Below are positions 12,229 to 22,095 of a stretch of DNA of 22,095 nt, in pieces. Below the pieces are notes generated by a model. The model saw only the letters and a program-made list of their open reading frames with translations, searched no databases and was not told the origin of the DNA. Position 1 is the stretch's first letter; the number at the start of each line of letters is the position of its first letter. Source of the DNA: Eledone cirrhosa (taxonomy: Eukaryota); assembly GCA_964016885.1 (NCBI GenBank), contig CAXHJY010001458.1:1-22095 (forward strand), given 5' to 3'. The position numbers and the translations under genes are program-made.

Positions 12229-12358
12229 TTTTATTTTTTTTTTTTTATTTATTTATTTTTTTTTTTTTATTGTGCAATGGCCATACTCGATAACGAGGGG
12301 GCAGCCATCATGTATGTATGTATGTATGTATGTATGTATGTATGTATGTATGTATGTA
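8113..12358 (+). mobile_element. Near full-length RTE-clade LINE with intact single ORF
   Basis: Structured 5' UTR (ATCGGGC-TGGAT-GCCCGAT hairpin), a 1181-aa ORF, a microsatellite-rich 3' UTR, a 3' stem-loop at 12277-12308 and a (TGTA)n tail. The 5' boundary is uncertain. Confidence 0.93.
8515..12060 (+). CDS. RTE-clade ORF: APE endonuclease, reverse transcriptase, three C-terminal C2H2 zinc fingers
   Basis: APE motifs WNVRTL, ALSETR, VYAPT, GDFNARVG, LLDYVL, TDHRLV. RT motifs NYRGISLLS, FVDLTKAFDTV, GVKQG, LLYADD, FVYLGS. Fingers at 11764-11826, 11884-11946 and 11989-12054. No stops or frameshifts. Confidence 0.95.
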   Translation: MMFQNNVNEIIANLGSGTKKIIGNKGRGPKLSQPGPARHRAIVIEPNRAFSLGCWNVRTLLDRDSLERPERRTALVAKELRRYDLDIVALSETRLAGDGHLTEFCGEYTFFWKGRDEGTRREAGVGFAVKTVLVNKLEEFPVGISERLMSMRVPLDKGRYATLVSVYAPTMNSVDEEKLSFYHALKGVLRNIPQADKVIVLGDFNARVGRDFNTWNVIGRHGVGKCNSNGMLLLQMCEELDLCVTNTMFQQKNKFKTTWMHPASKEWHLLDYVLVRMRDRQDVRCVRVLRGAECWTDHRLVRAKVNLITKRKIRAPGVTLPKRLNAARLKDKNVKRTLEEEMQAADLGEDWPTLKKSVYDVGRRVLGLVQRKHQDWFNEKDVHIDDLLADKRRALSRYLTARPQERNTLHEELRDVKSRVRRSLSQMKDQWWSEKAGEIQTASDCNNTKLLYSLLREVYGPSSSLVTPIRSKDGKELLRDSQGILRRWREHFDDLLNQPSVVSEDFLNLIPESPVKVALAEPPTLVEVAVAISKLNSGRSPGMDGIHAELLQYGGERLLQHLHSLFGRIWANESVPEDWRDAVMVVLYKGKGNRNDCGNYRGISLLSVVGKVLCRVLLDRLLTHIADCVLPESQSGFRVGRGTTDMIFSARQLQEKCIEQGLDLYQVFVDLTKAFDTVNRDALWKVLQKLGCPDKFLALVRSFHDDMKAWVNVGGNMSEPISVKNGVKQGDIPAPTLFAIYFAMVFCIAFRNCEHGVYIRYRTSGSIFNIRRFAAKTKVFTSVIRDLLYADDCDLVAHTESDMQHILNVFSDACTALGLTVSLKKTVVMYQPAPGRQYTEPNIYVYGKRLGVVDQFVYLGSTVNRYGNLDSEISLRIRKASDAFGKLERRLWGRRDICRRTKVKVYRACVLSCLLYACETWVTYRRHLKQLERFHQMCLRRIHGVRWRDHISDVEILESSMCDSIEALVLKQRLRWSGHLARMKDSRIPKQLFYGELVKGKRPPHKPKKRYKDSLKASLKDANISADTWENIAADRNKWRKTVYEGKVAFEASRIAHEKVKRDVRKGIAVALPDGEGPPMFLTCSVCARLCLSKAGLESHLRSHKVRPVVDYQAAVGDATHHACQTCGRECKSAGGLKRHAKVHELQPQPTIPSKCFGCRLCARHFGSLAGLKSHIRSQHC

Positions 12359-12416
12359 TATATGTGTGAGTGTATGTGTATGTATGTGTGTGTGTATATG
12401 TATGTATGTATGTGTA

Positions 12417-12462
<46 letters not shown>

Positions 12463-12476
12463 TATATATATATATC

Positions 12477-12590
12477 TTTTCCCTTTTTTTTTTTTTTTTT
12501 AAAAAATTTATTTATTATTATTATTATTATTATTTGTTTTTTTTTCTTGTGCAATGGCCATACTCGATAACGAGGGGGCAGCCATCATGT
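12477..12590 (+). mobile_element. Second, very short 3'-end copy of the same RTE
   Basis: (ATT)n/poly-T followed by GTGCAATGGCCATACTCGATAACGAGGGGGCAGCCATCATGTA, identical to 12272-12314. Confidence 0.85.
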
Positions 12591-12720
12591 ATATATATAT
12601 ATATGTATGTATACATATATGTATGTATATATATATATGTATGTATGTATACATATATGTATGTATATATGTATATATATATGTATGTATATATGTATAT
12701 ATGTATATATATATGTATGT

Positions 12721-13036
12721 ATCATCATCATCATCATCATCATTTCATTTTACGTCCGCTTTTTCCCTGCTTGCAAGGGTGGGACGGGAACTGATTCTGG
12801 CTTGATTTCTACAGCTGGATGCCCTTCCTAACACCAACCTCATTTACAGTGAGTGCTGGGTGCTTTTTTGCCGTGGCACCTCCACGACCACTTTGCAGTG
12901 GAATGATATGGACCCCAGTCCCTATCATCTCATTTCTACAGCTGAGTAAACTGGAGCAATGTGAAATAAAGTGTCTTGCTCAAGGAAACAACACATCACC
13001 CGGTCTGAGAATTGAACTCACAACCTCTCGATTGAA
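12721..13036 (-). mobile_element. tRNA-derived CORE-type SINE, 5'-truncated, with LINE-derived 3' tail
   Basis: On the minus strand: B-box GAGTTCAATTC (13009-13019) and a CORE-like CCTTGAGCAAGACACTTTA...CAGTTTACTCAGCTGTAGAAATG (~12931-12985). The 3' part, GGAAGGGCATCCAGCTGTAGAAA...GGACGTAAA and the (ATG)n tail, is shared with the adjacent LINE copies. It resembles octopus OR/OK-type SINEs (from memory, not a search). Confidence 0.8.
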
Positions 13037-13044
13037 ATATGTAT

Positions 13045-14083
13045 ATCATCATCATCATCATCAGGTTTAGCGTCCGTGTTCCACGCTTGCATGGGTTTGG
13101 ACGGGGGTTTTCCCACTTGAGGCAAGAGTGGTTGTCTTGCTCGCATAGGACTGTCTGGCGGGTTTTCTACAGTTGGATGCCCTTCCTAACACCAACCACA
13201 TTTACAGTGTGGGGCTGGGAGGTTTTTACCGTGTTGCCTACACAGCCACATTACAGCGTGGACTGTCTGGCAGGTTTTCTACAGCTGGATGCCCTTCCTA
13301 ACACCAACCACATTTACAGTGTGGGGCTGGGAGGTTTTTACCGTGTTGCCTACACGGCCACATTTACAGCGTGGACTGTGTGTTTTTTGTCGTGACACCT
13401 ACACGATCTCATTTGTTTCGGCCTGGATGTTGTGGGACCAACATAACTTTACATTGAAAGGGGCGGTGTGGGTGGGGTGGAGGTGGTGGGACGGGGGTGT
13501 GTTTTGATAGAGGTGCCTACTGACTGTAGTAGGTTTTTACTTTGTATTTAGGTAAGGCGGGTCTTCTCTATTACTGAGTACCGCCAAAGGTCTCGGTCCA
13601 GTGACATTGTCTTGGAGAGGTGTAAGCGTGTGAGGTCGGAATTTATCAGCTCGTCCCATGTTTTTCTGGGTCTGCCTACTCCGTGGCTACCGTCTATCTT
13701 TATTGCCCTGCACTTTGTTATACAGCTGTCGTCTTTCATGCGCATCACGTGACCGTACCAACGTAGCCTTCTCTCGAGTAAACAACATCTGATCCCTCTT
13801 ATTTCTAATTTTTTCCTTAGTTCGTTTATGCTTTGCCGTTCACGTATATTACTATTGCACATCCAGCGGAGCATGCAAGCTTCGTTCCTCTCTAGTCTGC
13901 GTATATCCTCTGCACACAATGCCCAGGTCTCACTGCCATGCAGCATTGCTGTTCGTATGCAGGCATCATATAACCTGCCTTTCATTTTTAGGGAGAACCC
14001 TCTAGCGGCTAATAGTGGTATAAGCTCTCTGAACTTTTTCCATCCAGTTGTGACTCTAGCTACTGTACTTTCAGAGCACCCTC
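13045..14083 (-). mobile_element. RTE-group LINE family 2, copy A (3' ~1 kb, 5'-truncated)
   Basis: C-terminal ORF2 ([20 protein letters not shown]...[11 protein letters not shown]...GRPRKTW, stop at 13548), a 3' UTR with an internal 112-bp duplication, and an (ATG)n tail. Confidence 0.9.
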
Positions 14084-14170
14084 ATATATATATATGCATG
14101 TATATATGCACCCTCATATATATATATGCATGTATATATGTATATATATATATATATGCATGTATATATG

Positions 14171-14201
<31 letters not shown>

Positions 14202-14210
14202 GTATATATG

Positions 14211-14243
<33 letters not shown>

Positions 14244-14328
14244 GTATATATGTATATATATATGTATATATATATATCTGTATATATATATGTATGTATA
14301 TATGTATATATATATATATATGCATGTA

Positions 14329-14371
<43 letters not shown>

Positions 14372-14445
14372 ATATATATATATATGCATATATATATGTA
14401 TATATATATGTATATATGTATATATATATATATATGTATATATGT
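14084..14445. repeat. (TA)n microsatellite with TGCA/TATG interruptions
   Basis: Read directly. Confidence 0.96.
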
Positions 14446-17400
14446 ATCATCATCATCATCATCATCAACGTTTAACGTCCGTGTTCCACGCTTGCATGGG
14501 TTTGGACGGGGGTAGTCCCACTTGAGGCAAGAGTGATTGTCTTGCTCGCATAGGACTGTCTGGCAGGTTTTCTACAGTTGGATGCCCTTCCTAACACCAC
14601 CCACATTTACAGTGTGGGTCTGGGAGGTTTTTACCATGTTGCCTACACGGCCACATTACAGCGTGGACTGTGTGTTTTTTTGTCGTGACACCTACACGAT
14701 CTCATTTGTTTCGGCCTGGATGGCGCGGCACCAACATAACTTTACATAGAACGGGGTGGTGTGGATGGGGTGGGGGTGGTGGCGGGACGGGGTGTATTTT
14801 GTTAGAGATGCCTACTGGCAAGGCGGGTCTTCTCTGTTACTGAGTACCGCCAAAGGTCTCGGTCCAGTGACATTGTCTTGGAGAGGTGTAAGTGTGTGAG
14901 GTCGGAGTTTATCAGCTCATCCCAGGTTTTTCTAGGTCTGCCTATTCCGTGGCTACCGTCTATCTTCATTGCCCTGCACTTTGTTATACAGCTATCGACT
15001 TTCATGCGCATCACGTGTCCATACCAACGCAGCCTTCTCTCGAGTAAACAACATCTGATCCCTCTTATCTCTAATTTTTTCCTTAGTTCGTTTATGCTTT
15101 GCCGTTCACGTATATTACTGTTACACATCCAGCGGAGCATGCAAGCTTCGTTCCTCTCTAGTCTGCGTATATCCTCTGCACACAATGCCCAGGTCTCACT
15201 ACCATGCAACATTGCTGTTCGTATGCAGGCATCGTACAACCTGCCTTTCATTTTTAGGGAGAACCCTTTAGCAGCTAATAGTGGTATAAGCTCTCTGAAC
15301 TTTTTCCAACCAGTTCTGACTCTAGCTACAGTACTTTCAGATCACCCTCCCCCACTGCTGATTTTATCGCCCAGGTAACGGAAGCTGTCCACTATTTCTA
15401 TAGAACCCTCTGCGCAATTGAAAGAGCTAGTATTTTGTGGGCACTTGCTGCTACTTATTGCACCAGAACACCGGCCACATGTAAAATCTATGTTCTTAGT
15501 TAGCTTACCTGTGATCCCACTACATCTTTTATGCACCCATACTTTGCATTTAGGACATAAAATGGAGTTTCTACCTACGCCTTTCCTACACACCGAGCAC
15601 GACCATTTCCCAGAAGGGACCGCCGCCTTGTTTTCTTTCCTACAAACTAGAACTTTGGTCTTAGCCAGGTTAATTTTAAGTCCTTTTGACTCTAGGCCGT
15701 GCTTCCATGTTTGGAATTTCTTCTCTAGCTCGGCCATTGATTCCGCTATGAGTGTCAGGTCGTCTGCGTATAGGAGTTCCCATGGGCAGCCTGTCTTGAA
15801 CTCCTCTGTTATAGCCTGAAGGGCAATAATAAATAGTAGGGGACGCCAACTTTTACGCTAAACTCTTCACTATATTCGTTGTTAATTCTAACCTTGCTGA
15901 CTGTTTCTTTATACATGGCTTGTATAGCCTTCACAAGCCATTCGTCAACGCCTAGTTTTCTAAGAGCCCACCAGATAATGGAGCGGGGGACTCTGTCGAA
16001 GGCTTTCTCCAGGTCGACAAAAGCTAAGTAGAGGGGTTTACCTTTAGCTAGGTACTTCTCCTGTAGTTGTCGTACTATGAAAAGAGCGTCTGTGGTGCTT
16101 TTGCCCGACACAAACCCGAACTGCATTTCATCTAGGTCAATTCTCTCTCTGATTAGTTGCGCTATTACTTTTTCCGTGACCTTCATGACCTGGTCGATTA
16201 ATTTAATGCCTCTATAGTTACTCCTATCTAGGGCGTCTCCTTTACCCTTATAACAGTTAACGATGATGCTGCTATGCCAGTCCTTCGGAACAACCCCATT
16301 CTGTACGACTTGGTTAACTATGCGGGTGACCATGGTGTGTCCCACCGTGCCAGATGCCTTCAGCATCTCAGCAACTATTTCCGAAGGCCCAGCCGCCTTG
16401 CCCGTCTTCATATCCTTGATTGCCTTACTTATTATACTCCCCTCGACTAACACTGCTGGTCCCTCTATTGGGTCGATATGGGGGAGACTGTCTTTCTCCC
16501 ATTTGTTCTCCTCATTTAGTAGCCTTTCATCGTGACACTTCCAAGCTACCTTCTTATCAGTGTCGGTGATGGCAAGTATGCCATCATCGTTAAGTACACA
16601 CTTCTCCCCGACAATATCACGGTTTTCCTTGACGCATTGCCTAGCAATCCTGAACACCTCACGTTTTTGGTCATCGCGTTGTAGAACATGCTTGAACTTT
16701 CTTTCCTCAGCTTCCCTTCTTGCTAAGTACACTTCTCTCCTAGCTTCCCTCCTGGCCACTTGATAGTCTACTCTACTTCCCCCATCCCGCCATACTTTCC
16801 AAGCCTGCTTTTTGGCCTTAATTGACCCCTCCACCCTACTGTTCCACCACCATGTTACTCTCCTCCTGCCTACAGGCCTGCTCCAGCCACAGACTTCGTC
16901 TGTCGCCAACAGCAGGTTTGCTTTCAGAAATTCCCACTGTCCTTCTATATTGTCCGATTCTAGATGCTCTTCCTTACTGTCGAAAGCATCAAGTAATATG
17001 CTTTGAAATTTATTTCTGGCTGTGGGGTCCTTTAGTTTCCATATTTTCCTCCTGAGGATAGTCCTCTTCTGCTGTCGAGTACGTCTCGTCCTGACTATGA
17101 GGTCGCTAATTATCAGTCTATGTTGGGAGGTGCATTCTTCATGGGGGAGGGATTTAGTGTTTACAACAGACACTCTGTCACGTCTTCTGGTAAGGATATA
17201 ATCTACCTGGCTTGTGTGTTCCCCGGATCTATAGGTGATCAGGTGATTGTCATGTTTTTTGAAGTTAGTGTTACAGATAGTTAGGTTATTTGCATCACAG
17301 AATTCCAGGATTCTGGAGCCTTCCTCATTTCTAGTGCCAAACCCATAGCCTCCATGGATTTCGTCGTAGCCGTCACAATGTTGTCCAACGTGACCATTTA

Positions 17401-17539
17401 GGTCGCCTGCAATAATTATATAGTCACTGTCAGATATTTGGGAGGTAGTTAGCAACAGTGTCTCATAGAATCTGTCTTTTATAGTGCCGGGCAGTCCGGA
17501 TTGGGGTGCGTACGCAGATATTACTGTCACCGTAGTTCT
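14446..17539 (-). mobile_element. RTE-group LINE family 2, copy B (3.1 kb, 5'-truncated within the endonuclease)
   Basis: Partial APE (SAYAPQ, GDLNGHVG, VDYIL, SQHRL), RT, PHD finger, C-terminus, 3' UTR and (ATG)n tail. TA-flanked. Confidence 0.92.
14802..17539 (-). pseudogene. Disrupted ORF2 of copy B (APE-RT-PHD)
   Basis: Track ORFs 15809..17530, 15342..15737 and 14802..15251 join into one protein. A frameshifting deletion at ~15841 removes the conserved QG motif (GV[..]PLLF). A TGC>TGA nonsense lies at 15342-15344 (copy A has TGC). WELLYADD is intact. Confidence 0.88.
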
Positions 17540-17791
17540 ATGTATATATATGTATATATTCTATGTATATATATGTATATATATATGTATATATGTATAT
17601 ATATATATATATGTATATATGTATATATATATATATATATGTATATATATAGATGCATGTATATATGTATATATATATATATATATGTATATACGTATAT
17701 ATATATATATATATGTATGTATATATATATATATATGTATGTATATATGTATATATATATATATGTATGTATATATATATATATATATGTA

Positions 17792-17822
<31 letters not shown>
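17540..17822. repeat. (TA)n microsatellite spacer
   Basis: Read directly. Confidence 0.96.
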
Positions 17823-17824
<2 letters not shown>

Positions 17825-18436
17825 CAGATGTTGTTTACTCGAGAGAAGGCTGCGTTGGTATGGACACGTGATGCGCATGAAAGTCGATAGCTGTATTACA
17901 AAGTGCAGGGCAATAAAGATAGACGGTAGCCACGGAATAGGCAGACCTAGAAAAACATGGGATGAGCTGATAAACTCCGACCTCACACACTTACACCTCT
18001 CCAAGACAATGTCACTGGACCGTGACCTTTGGCGGTACTCAGTAACAGAGAAGACCCGCCTTGCCAGTAGGCATCTCTAACAAAATACACCCCTCCCGCC
18101 GCCACCCCCACCCCATCCACACCACCCCGTTCTATGTAAAGTTATGTTGGTGCCGCGCCATCCAGGCCGAAACAAATGAGATCGTGTAGGTGTCACGACA
18201 AAAAAACACACAGTCCACGCTGTAATGTGGCCGTGTAGGCAACACGGTAAAAACCTCCCAGACCCACACTGTAAATGTGGTTGGTGTTAGGAAGGGCATC
18301 CAACTGTAGAAAACCTGCCAGACAGTCCTATGCGAGCAAGACAATCACTCTTGCCTCAAGTGGGACTACCCCCGTCCAAACCCATGCAAGCGTGGAACAC
18401 GGACGTTAAACATTGATGATGATGATGATGATGATG
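17823..18436 (+). mobile_element. RTE-group LINE family 2, copy C (3' ~610 bp), inverted relative to copy B
   Basis: [16 protein letters not shown]...TRLASRHL*, 3' UTR and (GAT)n tail. Near-identical reverse complement of 14446-15059. Confidence 0.92.
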
Positions 18437-20235
<1,799 letters not shown>

Positions 20236-20240
<5 letters not shown>

Positions 20241-20419
20241 GATAATTTAATATATCAACTAACATAAGCGCACAGATGCACGCCCATGCCAGCAAATACA
20301 CAGGTTATGTCATAGTACCTAGGTGGTTCAATGCTAGGTACTATGACATAACCTGTGTATTTGCTGGCATGGCGTGCATCTGTGCGCTTATGTTAGTTGA
20401 TATATTAAATTATCTATAT
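20236..20419. repeat. Near-perfect palindrome, ~87-bp arms, 11-nt loop
   Basis: Left arm 20236-20322, loop GTGGTTCAATG 20323-20333, right arm 20334-20419. One 1-nt indel. Confidence 0.95.
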
Positions 20420-20704
20420 TTATCTCCAAATCACTGATTTGTCGAGCAAACTTGTCAAAACCACTTCTAAAAAAAATTTTTTTTGGGGTGTTAGTAGGCG
20501 TCAGTCATCTTACCATCCCATTCCTTCTAACTAGCCTCTGTGTCACGTGATTGATTCTTTAGAATCGGGCCATTTGACTTGAAGCAGTGAGAATTTCGGT
20601 ACATAGAATTCAGTTCTCGCAAGCTGTTCGATCTACCGAATTATTATTATTTTTATATGAGCCGCCAGTGTCCGCGCATTGCCTGGAGACTTAACTGAGA
20701 ATAG

Positions 20705-20786
20705 ACTTCCTGATGACGCAATGAATTCTCGACAGTTGAATTACGTAACTGTCTTTATCCCATTGCAGAAACTAATTAGTTGGAGT
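20705..20786 (+). ncRNA. Type I hammerhead ribozyme, unit 1
   Basis: Stem I ACTTC/GGAGT. CTGATGA at 20710-20716. Stem II GCAATG/CATTGC with inner GACAGTT/AACTGTC. GAAA at 20768-20771. Palindromic stem III AACTAATTAGTT. GUU, with predicted cleavage after 20781. Confidence 0.85.
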
Positions 20787-21268
20787 GAAAATTTAAGTAA
20801 GAAAAAAATTTTTTTTTTTTTAAATTTTTTTTAAAAAAATATTTTTTTATTTACGTCCTTTATATTATTGTTCTGCATTCTCCTGCATTGAACCACCTAG
20901 GTACTATGACATAACCTGTGTATTTGCTGGCATGGGCGTGCATCTGTGCGCTTATGTTAGTTGATATATTAAATTATCTATATTTATCTCCAAATCACTG
21001 ATTTGTCGAGCAAACTTGTCAAAACCACTTCTAAAAAAAATTTTTTTTTTGGGTGTTAGTAGGCGTCAGTCATCTTACCATCCCATTCCTTCTAACTAGC
21101 CTCTGTGTCACGTGATTGATTCTTTAGAATCGGCCATTTGACTTGAAGCAGTGAGAATTTCGGTACATAGAATTCAGTCCTCGCAAGCTGTTCGATCTAC
21201 CGAATTATTATTATTTTTATATGAGCCGCCAGTGTCCGCGCATTGCCTGGAGACTTAACTGAGAATAG

Positions 21269-21350
21269 ACTTCCTGATGACGCAATGAATTCTCGACAGT
21301 TGAATTACGTAACTGTCTTTATCCCATTGCAGAAACTAATTAGTTGGAGT
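21269..21350 (+). ncRNA. Type I hammerhead ribozyme, unit 2
   Basis: Identical to unit 1. Predicted cleavage after 21345. Confidence 0.85.
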
Positions 21351-21830
21351 GAAAATTTAAGTAAGAAAAAAATTTTTTTTTTTTAAATTTTTTTTAAAAA
21401 AATATTTTTTATTTTACGTCCTTTATATTATTGTTCTGCATTCTCCTGCATTGAACCACCTAGGTACTATGACATAACCTGTGTATTTGCTGGCATGGGC
21501 GTGCATCTGTGCGCTTATGTTAGTTGATATATTAAATTATCTATATTTATCTCCAAATCACTGATTTGTCGAGTAAACTTGTCAAAACCACTTCTAAAAA
21601 AAATTTTTTTTGGGGTGTTAGTAGGCGTCAGTCATCTTACCATCCCATTCCTTCTAACTAGCCTCTGTGTCACGTGATTGATTCTTTAGAATCGGCCATT
21701 TGACTTGAAGCAGTGAGAATTTCGGTACATAGAATTCAGTCCTCGCAAGCTGTTCGATCTACCGAATTATTATTATTTTTATATGAGCCGCCAGTGTCCG
21801 CGCATTGCCTGGAGACTTAACTGAGAATAG

Positions 21831-21911
21831 ACTCCTGATGACGCAATGAATTCTCGACAGTTGAATTACGTAACTGTCTTTATCCCATTGCAGAAACTAA
21901 TTAGTTGGAGT
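21831..21911 (+). ncRNA. Type I hammerhead ribozyme, unit 3 (1-nt deletion in stem I)
   Basis: ACTC-CTGATGA instead of ACTTC-CTGATGA, otherwise identical. Predicted cleavage after 21906. Confidence 0.75.
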
Positions 21912-21988
21912 GAAAATTTAAGTAAGAAAAAAATTTTTTTTTTTTTTTTTTTAATTTTTTTTAAAAAAATATTTTTTTATTTTACGTC

Positions 21989-21991
<3 letters not shown>

Positions 21992-22081
<90 letters not shown>

Positions 22082-22095
22082 TATATATATATATA
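21992..22095. repeat. (TA)n microsatellite, TGAA-interrupted
   Basis: Read directly. Confidence 0.97.

Noticed and set aside
12990-13036. tRNA gene
   Set aside because: Only a B-box/T-arm-like remnant with no cloverleaf. It is the SINE head.
14446-18436. Twin-priming inversion as the origin of copies B and C
   Set aside because: Both copies have their own 3' tail and cover the same sequence, with some differences. Twin priming gives non-overlapping parts.
20334-21995. CRISPR array, LTR pair or TIR DNA transposon
   Set aside because: Whole 563-bp units repeat with no unique spacers, no internal domain, and an inversion at only one end.

Overview
This is eukaryotic, repeat-saturated DNA, probably from a cephalopod such as Octopus. 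That assignment is an inference from the huge (TA)n tracts, a tRNA/CORE-type SINE with a LINE-derived tail, and RTE LINEs. No complete host gene is recognisable. Roughly a fifth of the window is interrupted (TA)n microsatellite, and most elements are inserted into it. From 5' to 3' the window holds: (1) a 5'-truncated, twice-frameshifted CR1-group LINE (229-3198); (2) a ~610-bp internally deleted, non-autonomous RTE derivative (4087-4695); (3) a non-coding element with a type I hammerhead ribozyme and a partial terminal direct repeat (3365-6280); (4) an intact RTE-clade LINE with a 1181-aa APE-RT-3xC2H2 ORF (8515-12060); (5) a CORE-type SINE (12721-13036, minus strand); (6) three copies of a second RTE-group LINE, the longest showing a PHD finger inside ORF2, two of them forming a long inverted repeat; (7) a ~3-copy tandem array of a 563-bp non-coding unit, each copy carrying a type I hammerhead with a palindromic stem III, headed by an ~87-bp fold-back inversion (20236-21995). 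The last is the most striking feature. It looks like a Penelope-mobilised retrozyme predicted to release ~561-564-nt self-cleaved, possibly circular, RNAs. All YI/IY-repeat ORFs in the track are microsatellite artefacts.
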